A DNA stretch of 62,846 nt, the filler included, from Sphaeroforma arctica JP610 (lineage: Eukaryota), in NCBI RefSeq assembly GCF_001186125.1. It is 4 parts of one record of this genome, joined end to end, with 100 filler letters (N's around TTAATTAATTAA, not from the genome) between each part and the next. Parts side by side here need not be neighbours in the genome. Positions count along the whole stretch, not along the records: positions 1 to 29,717 come from NW_014040534.1; 3 more parts are not named here. One strand, 5' to 3'. Below are positions 15,010 to 28,183 of the stretch, piece after piece; the first letter of the stretch is position 1, and the number at the start of each line of letters is the position of its first letter. Both the position numbers and the translations under genes were made by a program. The notes beneath the pieces were generated by a model. That model did no database searches and was not told the origin of the DNA. It saw nothing but the letters and a program-made list of their open reading frames with translations.

Positions 15010-15737
15010 CACATCCAAGAAGCAGCAATTTAAATTATAAATGTACTGACAAACAGCCAATTATTTGTATGTATTGTAAATAAAGCGTACCAAATTTCTA
15101 CCACCAAATGTAGAATCGTAACGAACTATGAAGCAGGATACATAGAAGACTGGCAGCATCCACGCAGCTCTAAGGAAGCAGACTTACATTGAAGGAGGAA
15201 GAATTTCTCGTTACGAATCATCTTGCTGTGTTTTAGTTATGAGGCCGAGCTAAGCTTATGAAGCCAAATGATTTTTAGAAAAAAAGCGGGTTGAGTGACC
15301 AATATTTATTGAGCCTAATGTAAGTGACAGCAAAGAGCATCGTTGCTTTCTTTTTGCCCTTATTTCATTTATTACTTGCTGCCAAACTGGACCTTTCATG
15401 ACGATACAGTTCACCGCTCGTAATCAAGAAGAGGTGGGAAGCTGAACCGAGGCCAAATACCTATGCTGATGTTATATCTCATCATTTTATTACTATAGCT
15501 TTTCCAGCAAAGGAGCTTTGGTTGGTATATTTCGTATCACTATCTCGCTGAACAACGCAACAGTATGCCAAATTTATATTTGTGTCGTTGCTGTACGTAC
15601 CTCCATTCGTTTCGAGCTTCAAAGAGTCTGCGACTATCTAAAGAGACTAGAGCCAGACTGTTTATTAAGTACAAGCAATACAGGTGTCAATGAATCCCCC
15701 TAGACTTGCAGACAGCAACTGTTAATAAGGGTTCAAA

Positions 15738-16183
15738 GAAATGTGTCCGACTGAATGTTAAATCGGATGTCCATCAAAATCAAAAAGTAATCACGTCTAT
15801 GTATAAATGGCCAGACGCCTAGTAAGATACGATGCATCTGGTGCAGAAAAGACAGACATGGGAAATGCAAACAAATCTATACAATACTAAATGAGGCTAC
15901 TAAAAGGAATACCTAGAAGCTCTCAGAAATACAAAACCCTAAACCGCTAAACCCACAATTCATCGAAATGTGTCCGACTGAATGTTAAATAGAATGTCCA
16001 TTAGAATTAAAAAGTAATCACGTCTATGTATAAATAGCTAGACGCTTAGTAAAATACGATGCATCTGGTGCAGAAAAGACAGACATGGGAAATGCAAACA
16101 AATCTATACAATACAAAATAATGCTACTAATAGGAATACCTAGAAGCTCTCAGAATTACAAAATCCTAAACCGCTAAAACCAC
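15738..16183. repeat. Diverged tandem duplication, period ~228 bp
   Basis: GAAATGTGTCCGACTGAATGTTAAAT...CTAAACCGCTAAA starts at 15738 and again at 15966. Confidence 0.92.
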
Positions 16184-17376
16184 TATCCATCCTTGAGACA
16201 CCTTAATAGCAACGATACGCGTATCTATTAATTGGCAGAGTGAACGTGATGAAGCTAAAAATAAAATGCCCCGAGTTGAGCTGCAAGTACACATATGGAG
16301 ATTACCTAACAGCATCTTAGAAACACAACAATTGCTGAATTTATGCTCAGGATTGAAACCAGATACGATCAAAAAGTGCTCAACTTGGGCGTCAAGTAAA
16401 TTCGTATTAGCCGCCGAGATAGTGTAATTTATTTATAACCAAATTTACATTTGAGGTAGCTTTGCGTGGGCACAGTGGATAAGCATTTACAATGAGGTTC
16501 TTCGGTCTACCACGCACACTTGAAGTGCATTCAATAATCCACCCCTTATATTACAACTTTGTGGTTAAAGCACATACAGCCAAGGCGCGGCTACAGTGTT
16601 CAATATCCCTACGAGCACAATGAAGTCACAGGAACTGGTTTTAGGGGTTGATGTTGCCTGTCTGCGTCACAGCTTATAATGAGCCGTAATTTTCATACTC
16701 ATGTACTTGGTTTTTCCAGTGTCTCGCCTTCAGTAGTCATATACTATCTAGTTATAGATTACCACTGATGAGCCCGAGACGTCATTGTAGTATCGACAAC
16801 GTACGGCTACCTTGTTCAGATGTATACTTTGCGATAAGACATTCGGGTGATGCCTTGCCCAGGATGAGAACCATATTGATGTATATAATAGATCTATCCA
16901 CCCAAAAAATCGTTTTTCATATGCTATTGTACACTACATTACAAATCTCTTGGTAGATCGTAGTAAGCAGAAGTTACCTGTTTTTGAATTTCTGCAGTGT
17001 ATTAGGTAGGTAATAGTAAATTTGGTTCGTGAATCCTTTTTCGACGCTACTCATAGTCTCCTAAAAAATGATATTCGACGTTAAATTTTATTGATGAAGA
17101 GTACTTGGTTTGCTTTTGTTGCGGGTAGGGTGTGAACACAAATAACCAAGTTTTACTCGTAATGGCATAGCGGATCTGACTGTTCCCCATTCAACTACTT
17201 ATATTACTATTCTCCAACTTATTTTAGAACTAGCGATGTACATTCTTATTAATATTTAGTTGCTTCTTTGGTCAACCATTCTCACTGTTGACAACTTTAT
17301 TCGTTTTATTTATTTATTTCCATCCTTCACATTAACTACCGGCATGCCTGCAGTAACGTTTTGGTGAAGAAATTGA

Positions 17377-20300
17377 TGTTTATGTAGAGACTAAGAAAGA
17401 TGTTGATCGGGCTAGACAGTCGGAAGATCACTCGAGCCTGGACTGGTGTCAAGTAAGCCTAGGCCATAACGCGCATGTTTCTTAGGGACGCGTTATGGAA
17501 CTCTGCAAGACGTAACTTTCCATCAGAGACCTTACTCTACATTGTATCGCTTCTTGTACAGCACGAACAGGCAATCGAAGCCTGCTCTTATACGGTGCTT
17601 CCGTGAGAACACAGCTTTCTGTGCTAAAATTTTACGGAGTCCATCTTTCACTCCCGTGTTAAGCGCTGGTTGCTTTTTTCTTTAGCTGAGTTGAGGTTGA
17701 TGTCACCAATGGTGAATCTTAAGTCTTTCCTCTCTGTTGCGCTAGGCGATGGTTCATAAGCCAGGTCTACGCAGGTGCCACCGGTCGAACAATCAGCAGA
17801 GACCGTGTCGTAGAAAAAGACTCGCCTTGCGGCCGAACTCGAGCGAAAGGCAGATGCCGCTGGAAAAGCGAAGCAGCCACCGCTCACCTCGGATGCGGCG
17901 GAACGGACGCAACACGATCAACCATGCCGAGCTCTTCAGTGGCCATTCAGCCGTGCAATACCGCCGAAGAAGCGCGAGTAGTGCTAATGTTTCGATACGC
18001 GGGACATAAGAGCACTAGCCTTGTCATGTAACTATTAACGCTCGAGACGAAATATATTCCCCGTAAGTTTTTCTTCCTGTCATCCATCCATCCCGCATTT
18101 AGGGAAGTTCTCATACCCCTCTGCCCACGCAGCCAATGTCGAGCACAAGGGTGCCTCCAGAATTGCATTGATGACTTTGCAGGCGATCGTGTTGCAGGCA
18201 GTAACCCGATGTTCAAGCAGCAGCGCAAAATCGTGGTTAGAGAGAACACAAATCACCAGCGATACTTTGATGAAAAGCAGGACCGATACGATGTCGAAGA
18301 GCGTCGTCGTGGGCGTGACGATCGTCACTGGAATGACGAAAGGGACAGGCGTGACCGCTACTACCGTGACGAGAACAATCATCCCCCACGTTCTTCCCCC
18401 GAGTCGTTGTACAGGCCTCACACCCCCGCTCTCACCTCCAACGGCAGTCACGACGACAAGCAGGCCAAGCAGGCGTCTCTCCCAGTTAAGGCGACTTCAG
18501 GCCCCACCACGCGTCTGGAGTATGTCAACTGATTCGCTTACGGCAAGCCAGGACACGAAGCCGCGAATTGCCCGGAGAGCAGCAGCCTCAACCAAGTCAA
18601 AATCACTTTTTTGAATCGGGCCGGCGGTCCATGGTTATGTACATAATGTGAAATATATTTATTAAAAAAATTGGTTCGGCGTACAACTTCGTCGACGAAC
18701 AAACACTGAATATATTACAACTCTTCTATACTCATACTCAGGATCACTAATACACGGCTTGTACGGGATGGGTGTTATTATCCCCACTAAGCAGGTCGAC
18801 ATCCACGTTGATGTGTATACAGTTAACGGCTGTCTAACCACTCGCGCACAGCGGTGGTTAGTTACAAGCGACATTCCTTACAACTCGCACTTCCATCTCA
18901 AGTACGAGACACAGTGTAATCGCAGATGGGCTCGTTCTTCGATATGAATTACAATCTTTTTGTAAACCTTGACGTAGACCCATGGCGCAAGTGTGTGTGT
19001 TGCGTACTCTGCCGGCATACTGTGACCACAGTAATCAACACCGCGCGACGTACTTCCAAGCACCGTACGAGAGGGTGAGACAAACAGCGGCAGAATAACG
19101 CCATTCGGCTGCAAAACGAGTTGCGTCAGTGAGGACTTCAGCAGCTGCAACCACTCTTGACGTGGTGCGGTGCTGCTGTGTCTGCTGACGTCTCTCGAGA
19201 GCTACCCTTGCCGAAAAAAGAAATCCCACATGTCGTCCCTCCGACGAAAGCAACGCCGGCACCTAGGCACTTCCAACGCGGAGCTAGATTTTCTGTGATT
19301 CCCCTTACTGGAACAGTATAAACCCGGCGTTACAACGATAGCGCCCTCGGTTTTGAGTCCGGCTAACGGCGGATTCTCCGTATCTCTTAGCGCTCTCATA
19401 TGCTGGAGCAGCAGTGGAGCACTATCTGCTACTCCAGCGTTACCCAAACATTATGAATTGTCAATGTACAACCCTCGTGAGAGGATGGTTACGCTGTGTG
19501 ATGAAGATGAGAACGGTGTTTTTGAATCCACCGGTTTCAAACACTTGGGGGCTGAAGCAGGTAAGACCAGTATGTACAACCCTCGTGAGAGGATGGTTAT
19601 GCAGTGTGATGAAGATGAGAACGGTGTTTTTGAATCCACCGGTTTCAAACACTTGGGGGCTGAATCAGGCAAGACCAGTGCCAAAGTTGCTGAAGCTGTA
19701 CAGATACTTAGCTCGGTCGCCTATGACCCGGAGAACCACTGGCTTGCCAAATTTGACCCAATCTCTCTAAAACTGTATGATAACGCGCAACGAAAGTGCT
19801 AACCGCGGTATCCTCATATGTCACTCGATGCCAGGAACAAGTGGCAAGCCAGTATCAAAATGGCTTAAAAGGTACCCGGCAGAGAGCCGCCCCCGTTTTC
19901 TGAAGGCCTCGACGATTAGCGGTTCTGCATGGATCTTAGCAGGTAGAAAGAGTCCATAGACTCAGAACTCTACCCTGTACCCACGAAAGCAGACATGTAT
20001 GATTTCGTGGTGGACAAACCTTATATATCTGCCCTTGACTGTGGTAACGGCTTCAATCAAGTCAAGCTTACGGAGGAGGCTCCCAATATTATAATATTTT
20101 GGACCCCTTGGGGTCGATTTTCGTACGTCGGTATGCTGGTTGGCGTTCACGAAGCGTCCTGGTGGTACCAGGAAATCCTTGCGGAGGTCCTAGATATGTT
20201 ACACCATGTTATCTGGTATATAGATGACATTGTCACTGCCAATGACACAGCCGAGGATCACTGAGCCAGTCCTCGTGCGGTACAGGCAATACGATATACA

Positions 20301-20700
20301 GCTTGGTCTATGTAAATACCACATAACTTTCTTTAGACAACCCGTGACCATCCTGGGGCGCAGAGTTGACTTCAGAGGTGAGTCCCTTACGGACGAACAG
20401 CTAGCCCGCTGGCCTGGTTTGCGACGGTTTGGTCGTATATTATAGCGTTGGCTGGGAACCTCTTGTGAACCAGTCGTAGACTGGGGTCTTATTTGAAAAC
20501 CGGAAACCCTGAGGCAGATATATATTTTTTACAAGAAGATTTCGTAAATGTTTTTGATGACTAATAATGACAAATACCGCGCCGCGCCCCCAATTTGGTC
20601 TCGATTTGGATCTGACGAACTTGTCCTGTACCTCTATTGACCATGTTCTGACTCTACGGTGACCCCTTCCTGACCTTAATTTGTCCCTGGATTGACCCCG
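17377..20700 (+). mobile_element. Decayed, 3'-truncated Ty3/Gypsy LTR retrotransposon (gag zinc knuckle and RT remnants); 5' boundary/LTR uncertain
   Basis: Degenerate CCHC knuckle (*)FA(Y)GKPGHEAANC at ~18530-18572; RT motifs RFCMDL, ISALDCGNGFNQV, FWTPWGRFSY and WYIDDI at ~19920-20260; many stops and frameshifts. Confidence 0.85.
19464..19679. repeat. 108-bp in-frame tandem duplication inside the Gypsy remnant
   Basis: ATGTACAACCCTCGTGAGAGGATGGTT...AAGACCAGT at 19464 and 19572; MYNPRERMV...GKTS x2. Confidence 0.95.
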
Positions 20701-21328
20701 TGCTGAAATCATTTCGGTTTTTTGTTTACATAACCGTCATGATAACGTCGCTATAAAATGTTCACTGAATATAAACTGAGATGTTCTCCGCCACACGATA
20801 CAGCGTGTCTAGGTGAAAATTACACAGATATGACAGGCGATGTTTGTTGTGTTATAGAATATGGTCGGATACCGAAAAAGAGTGAAGTGATCGTCCACCA
20901 TTTCAGAGATAGTTGAAAAAATACTCTGACTGGGCGGACGAACGGTTATGTGAAGATGAAAGTATGCAGCTTACACTTCGACATCGACGACATGGTCGAC
21001 TACAGACACGGGAAGTGTCCGAGAACATGATGTATGCCGAAGTTATTCCTACCGGATTTAATCGCAATGTTTTCTGATATTAAAATTGAACGCACAGCCC
21101 TACCGAATAGTGTCCAATACTAACCTGAAGCATCAGAAGTCTCATATACGTAAGTACCACACGCTGAATTAGACTCTGAATCAACTAAGCGTACAAACAC
21201 ATTAACTGCGAACGAGAGGACAGAACATTTACAGCCAAACCAGTGATGGTCGTATCCGAACTAAAGAACAGGATATCGAACACGAAAATCACCACAGTCA
21301 TTGTACATCAACTTCTCGTAGTAGACGC

Positions 21329-21805
21329 ATGGATCGGGATATACTGAAAAAAGCAATTGAAGCAATCTGTGGCTTAGAACGTGCGCAGAAAAATATCGAA
21401 CTCTGCATGATCTTAAAAGTGGATGTGATCGTTGGTAATCGTGTATTTTTGGCACAGAAGTACTATAGATCACTTACTTATATAGTAGCAAACTATCTGG
21501 ATAACACAACAAACATAGGAGGGTGCTCATTGATGTGCAGTGACACAGACAAAAATTTAGTCTTTAGCAAAATTATGTACTTCCCTGGAAGTGCAGTACC
21601 TAATATGCAAACTGTAAATATTGTTTTCACTGGGAGAGTTGTAGATATGCGAAACGGTTCGTTCCATCTAACATATCGCACTCCACTACCCGATCAACAG
21701 ATGAGCGAATTTAAAGTTGTTTACTCTCAAGCCACGATTGTGCACAAACGATTCAATATTGCTCTCGAGGGATGGTCTAAGAAAGTCAACAATATGCAAA
21801 CATGA
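21329..21805 (+). CDS. Intronless orphan 158-aa ORF, possibly of viral or Polinton-like origin
   Basis: Complete ATG-TGA ORF with normal amino-acid composition inside otherwise decayed DNA; product assignment is weak (see findings). Confidence 0.45.
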   Translation: MDRDILKKAIEAICGLERAQKNIELCMILKVDVIVGNRVFLAQKYYRSLTYIVANYLDNTTNIGGCSLMCSDTDKNLVFSKIMYFPGSAVPNMQTVNIVFTGRVVDMRNGSFHLTYRTPLPDQQMSEFKVVYSQATIVHKRFNIALEGWSKKVNNMQT

Positions 21806-21825
21806 GTGATACACCTAGTATGATA

Positions 21826-22077
21826 GTGACTTTAGATTACTAATGAAGGGCAATTTCTGATAGCATCTTGGCATTAGAATCAAAGCAATGAACTAGCAAA
21901 GAGAAAGTGTCTACCTAGTTTAACAGTGTCAGTAAGCCCACTGCAGCTGATAGGTGACTTTAGATTACTAATGAAGGGCAATTTCTGATAGCATCTTGGC
22001 ATTAGAATCAAAGCAATGAACTAGCAAAGAGAAAGTGTCTACCTAGTTTAACAGTGTCGGTAAGCCCACTGCAGCTG
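21826..22077. repeat. 128-bp near-perfect tandem duplication
   Basis: GTGACTTTAGATTACTAATGAAGGG...CACTGCAGCTG at 21826 and 21954. Confidence 0.95.
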
Positions 22078-24119
22078 CTACAGGCAGAACTTTAGAAGGA
22101 AACACACAAGAACTGGTGAGATGAACATATTGTCTGAAATATGCTAAGAAGTTAAAAGTTTTTATGGCAAGGTCAACAATTTACACATGAAGTCACACGC
22201 ACACGCAGACAAACGCATACATACACATACGCTTTATATATGATTATTCACGCATGATAGTAGTATTTATATGCATACGAATAGCAATCAATACAATCTT
22301 CTTCTTGAGTAATGCAGTATCAAATATGTGTATATATGTATACTGCATTGATTTTTTTCCAGTGCATAAACCTTTACATACAATTTTACATCTTTATGGA
22401 TATTTGCTATGTGCAGCGCATGAACTGGTATATACGTCCTTTGAATATTAGCTGCTGTGCTTATGTATGATTAGAATGCGACTGGCGCACTTTGTACAGT
22501 GTATTTACTGCAGTGTGATGACTATCTAACTCAACCACCGGAGCGCCGGCCTGATATGCTACCAGCCGCTTTTGCATCGCTTCCATATTGTCCGCAGCCG
22601 ACGTCACAGGCTCCTCAGAATTATTGTCCTGATCCGCAACCTCATCAATGAGGACTTTCACTATCACTCGACCACACATGAAAACCACGAGCTCTTGGAG
22701 TACCTCGAATATCCGTTCGGTATTCTACCGACGGACCTGAGCCAACGCATAAATGGCAGCTGACGTCTCTTTTACTAAACTTCGGCTACATGCCAGCGTA
22801 CAACTTGGCGTATGCCACCGACCGGTCCGGGTTCGACCGCATGGTCGGCAACATCCGCTGGCTGCTCTATGATCCGGATGTTCTCGATTGCTTGCCCATT
22901 ACCCAGGCCAGTATACGCAACCTTGGTGCAAATGAGATCTACATGCTTTTTGCACGCCCACAGGTTGTCAGAATCTCCTTAGAGGACCATCGTCGCTTGC
23001 TTAACCATGTCTAATTTGACACCTCTCTACCTCGAAACCAATGTCATCAACTCTTTGACGCTACTATATATATAATAGTATCAATCGTTAATTGTCCAAC
23101 TATACAATAAAATAGAAACTTGCAAGAAAAATACTGATGATGCGGATTTTTTTTGGTGGTGTACGTCCTTCTTACAAACAGCAAGTAGTCCATAAAAACA
23201 TGTTACGCTACAGTAAAAGAACTTATAATGTAGCAGCTACACATATACTTTCGTATATCTGTGCACGACACAGTACAGGAAAGAGGACCCGAAACACATC
23301 AACGTGCTACAACAATTTCAACGCAACCGTCATATATGGGGTGAAAATTTCTTGCATTTCCAGCCACTTGATGCTAAACTAGTCAGGGCAAAACCTAACC
23401 GATGGCTAATAGCACCGTGTGCCTGTTTGTGTAATAACAAAGGGAGCGCTGTTAATGGATTAAGTATAAAGAACTACAATAAAGCCACAAGATCCCCATT
23501 ATGCAAATTTCGGAGGCATTTAAGAGGTGACATGGATTTTTTTTTCAAGATATACATACCGATTTTCTCGAACTAGATCAGTATTATACACAATCACTTT
23601 CAATCATTCTTGCTAGGCATATTGGTGGTCAATATGGCTTTAAAAGGATTTCAAATACAAGGACACAGACAAACAACAGTTCAATAATATTAAACATGCA
23701 GCTGTGACAGGTGTACCTTCAATCATCCCCACACCAGATTATATTATTATCCAACCGGAGAATGATATAAGTCATCGAGTACCAACTGATAAGCATCTAT
23801 TCTCTATCATCCGGTAGACAGGGCAGGGCGGGAAGTTATTCGTAAAAACATCTTCATTCTCAGTAGCTTTACACACTCCAGGGGCAAACAAAGGCATGGT
23901 TATACAAGACACATGGGGCGGATGTCATATGAGTATCTGTATGTGATACTATCTATGATAAATTATANNNNNNNNNNNNNNNNNNNNCAGATTGATACTA
24001 GGCACACATCATACATACAACTATTAAAATATCTTGACCAAATGAATGAGAGCTGCAAAAACAGTTGATAAGCATTCCTGGAGCTAACTAGCGCGTATAC
24101 TATATAGCCAGCCATTGAT

Positions 24120-24309
24120 TCTACTTTATACACAACAGTACAAAATACATAAAAACTAATCCGCAAATTATTTTGCATTGAAATTCTAAACCACCACACT
24201 ATATGTCTATAGAACACACCACATGGAAACACAAATCTACTTCATACACAACAGTACAAAATACATAGAACTAATCCGCGCATATTCTTTTGCATTGAAA
24301 TTCTAAACA
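24120..24309. repeat. ~72-bp direct repeat, period ~116 bp
   Basis: TCTACTTYATACACAACAGTACAAAATACATA...TTTTGCATTGAAATTCTAAAC occurs twice. Confidence 0.85.
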
Positions 24310-26746
24310 ACAAATCCTATCATCTACATAATACATCTAATGAATACACGCAAGCACAAAACAATAAACTGTTTCATGTGCACTCGAATTCAAAAAAAAA
24401 AATGAATAGTATTACAATGTCTCCGTAAACTTCAGTAGAATTAAATTAGGTTCTACTAAATTAAAAAACAACAAGATAAGTCAGTTTAGGGTTGAACATT
24501 GGTAGCTCGTGTAAGAATGATCGCGGTTGCCCTGTTTAAATCCTTAATGCATGGATCACACATCTATAGCAACTTTAAGAATCATTTACACTAGAAGTAC
24601 TCAGGGTTCATAGTTTACATGTCATCATTGTAGGTAGGTGAAGGTATGCGAATAGAATATGATAATATATTTGCCATTATAAATAAATGTCCATCTGAAG
24701 AAAATGAGAAAAAAACATATTGGATTCTGAAGATTGGCGAGAGATGCAGGCCAGCAATTAGTAATAATGAAACTTTATAATTAAGTATACGATTTCCTAC
24801 ATCTAATGTGAGTCATGCCAAAAACTTAGGCTATAAGAGCCATGTGAGCGAATCTAAACCATTTTAAATTTATTGAAGAAAAAAATATTCGAATCCAAAT
24901 AACCAATGTCTTATATCATTTGATCTTAATATTGTAGATTGGCTAGAGGCTGTATTTCTACATATCTATCATTATATTCTACATACTCTATCGTTTGTAA
25001 TGCAATTCTAAATAACAAACTTTATCGTCTACACTAATTCTAAGAAAAACACACACGCACAGAAACTACAAGCAATATTTCATTTACACTCAAATGAATA
25101 CGATTATTTGAATAACATTCGATATTCTATATTGCCAAACTATATCATCTGCATTATAGTTATAACCAATACACACACGTATAGAAACCGAAAACCTTAT
25201 TTAACACATAGCATCACACGTTTCTTAGAATTCTATGCCAAAGTATAGCGATCATCTGGTGTCGGCCTAGTCGATCATACGTATTGTTAACGGGTTCACA
25301 GTGCATAGCAAATTGTCATAGTACCCATGATATCCCTCAATCGCTTTCCGAACTTCACGTTCGTTGTTGTGGTGTTACCAGTGCCGGTGTAGGGCCAGTG
25401 AAGTAAAAAATCACATACTCTTGAGATATTGCGTGGAAAATGAATTGTTGTTCTTGCTCGACACCTCCAAACCACGTGTTGTCTCATTTAACCACCATAC
25501 ATCGGGATTCCCAATACTCTCATTAGAGCTTTCAGAAACTAGGTATTTGGAAAACAGGTGCCTAATTACACAAACTGCCATCACGTATGCTCGAGCTCAT
25601 CCCGAGTTTCCCAAACACTGCCCCGATTATCAGGAAGGGAAACTTAAGAATAAACAAGTAAAACATGCGGTCTCCGACTTCGTATATGGGCTGGCTGACC
25701 AGCTTCATGTCGATCTCCAAGGGCCCATGAACAAAGATCCATATGGGAACCGCTACGGCCTCCATTCCACCTTTCCCGACAAGGCTGATATTCCGAAGGC
25801 CCTACTGGCTCTTCTCGTACAGGTCCCTGCGCATTACCGACTACCAAAAGTTGGTTACAGACGGGGACAGCGTCTTCCCAAGCCAGCAGACCCGAGACAT
25901 TCTTCTTGCTCGGGGTATGGCTCTTAGTAAATCACCAGCCAACACGCCGCAACTTAATGGAAAGGAGGAAAGTCTTCACGGGACTTGAGCTCGCCCCCCT
26001 CTTTGGGGGCACGCCAAGTCTCGTGCAAATGTGATCCGAAAAAAGAATTTAGCTGCAAACGAACGCCTCCGTTCTCCTTCGGATAGGTGGCATGGTATAA
26101 CTGTCCCACGCTTCCCGGGCGCACGCTACGGCTGCGTCGTCGTGTTCAAACAATCGAGGGTGAAAGCCAAAGCAGCGCACAAATATGGTTCCCCTGCTGG
26201 TTTCAGAGTTTTCTTAGCACGTAAGCCCCACTGTACTCCCGACACATGGAAGATCTAAACGCCAACTATGTTCCAGAGATGTGAAGTTCCTCCCTGAAGA
26301 ACTTAACGCGTCAGGAAAGCGCTGTACGCGCTCAGCCAGTCCTTCTACCTATGTCATTTCGTACTCTGCACTAACCCATTCCGCGGCACTACACGGCGCA
26401 GACCCGATCCGTACCACAGGGGTGGGTACTCTACTTAGTAGGTCAGCGAATATATGGAACATTCGATAGTAACAGTATTTTGTCAACACCGGCCCGAATT
26501 GACTCAGCACATATCTTCCATTGTCGACTCACTTGGCCCAAGCTTCAAACGGGAATTTACTGACCACTTCTTCCCATCAATCTTTCCTGAACCACTACAG
26601 CGACTATGAGAGCCATACCATAGGTTCATACATACTTGCCATTTTTGAAATAAATAATATTATCCCTATGTCATTCCTACTGAGTGGTACAATTTAAATT
26701 CTTCCATCACAGCCTTTATAACGCATGTGCCGTCCGTTCCACTAGT

Positions 26747-27627
26747 TGCAAAAATAGCGGGTTCCTAATAGTAGTTGCACAGTTAACGTATATTATAAAC
26801 GTATTCACGTATTAATGTTTATACTTATCATATTGTATTACGTTTAACGAATTGGACATGAACAAGAACTGAAATATTCAAGATTCTGAACATGTGATAG
26901 TACTCAGTAGAGTATGGGACTCTACTGTGGACAATTAGGTGGTTTTCCAAATATAGATTGGTTTTTCCACTGAAATTAGAATTGTACATAATATAGGAAC
27001 GACACCAATCTGACACCTGAAAATGACACTTTGGGAATCTCTAATTAACGGGAGTACCATGAAAGAGGGTCTCAGGCATGAAATGGTTGTTGGTACAAAC
27101 CGGTGGTATAATTCGATAATAATCTCAGAGCAAGATACTCCACTGAGAAAAGGACAGGATCAGAGTTGTTAGAATTTAGGACAACATGGTTTTGATTCCT
27201 CCTAGCCAGCCAACTAGATGTGCCCGTCTATGCCTTAAATGGGATGGAGAGCTAGGTACCAAGTGATGAGGTTTAGGTGCAGATGTATACTGCACCGACT
27301 TGGTGTTTTCATTTTCTTTTTGATTTTCTTAAGTTGGACTTAGATATATTTTATTGGTTAGTTTGATTATGTAATTGTTTCGAGGCGTGAAATGTAAACT
27401 ATGCGTCCAATGAAATGATATAAATAAATCTAGACCGAAGTAGTGAGTGATTAGAGCGGAGCATATAGACAATAGTCTCAGTCTAAAATCCCCTAATCTT
27501 TTGCTCATTACCTAGGGCTGTAGCTAAACTAATTTAACATTTTGCATTTTAACGTATTAACGTATTGTCTTATTAACGTAAACTTCTTGGTATCGTATAG
27601 TCAGCCTAGAGGAGACCGACTTTTACA
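26747..27627 (+). mobile_element. Solo LTR (~880 bp) related to the LTRs at 28595-30284, in the opposite orientation
   Basis: TG...CA termini flanked by TAGT/TTGT (4-bp TSD with one mismatch); CCTAGCCAGCCAACTAGATGTGCCCGTCT is close to the reverse complement of AGACTGGCACATCTGGTTGGCTGATCGG; both ends also resemble the ends of the other LTR. Confidence 0.75.
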
Positions 27628-28183
27628 TTGTTGCCATATCTTTATCTGTCGTCTCACCCGCTGTCCCCCCAACTCCACATTCTTACTGTGCCTTCTACCG
27701 AACTCACAATGCCTCCTATTTCTAAGGCACCTACATCGTATATTTCGCAGCCTGCACCCACGACGTCGCCAATTGCGTGCAACATTGCCATTCACCGTCA
27801 TTAAAACCTTCACGCTCTCTTGTCTCTGCGACGATACCCAGCACTACCGTCGAACTGCCCTTCCACCAGCATTTGCCACGACGATGAAAAGCGACCATTT
27901 CCTGTATATTACGCCCCGCGGTCTCACTACCAATTTCCAGACATACCTTAAAGTTGCCAAAGACAGTAACTCACGCTCGCTACACAACCGCTACCGGAGT
28001 CACCTCCTCGTATTTCATACGGCATATGACGGATCGGAACACTCAGACATAGATGTCCTCTCAGCGTCACCTCAATCAGATCACTCCCTGGGCAGCCATT
28101 CATCTGTCATTATTCTAGACGACGGTATTAATTCGTCACAAGAAATGTCTGACTTTTCACCACCATAGTTTGATGACGGTATT

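Noticed and set aside
21802..22190. Alternative genetic code (stop-codon reassignment) for the stop-riddled frame
   Set aside because: All three stop types occur, and conserved genes in the window terminate at TAA, TAG and TGA normally; ordinary decay explains it
27542..28168. 208-aa ORF
   Set aside because: Spans the solo-LTR/Copia junction; a chance chimeric frame in decayed TE sequence
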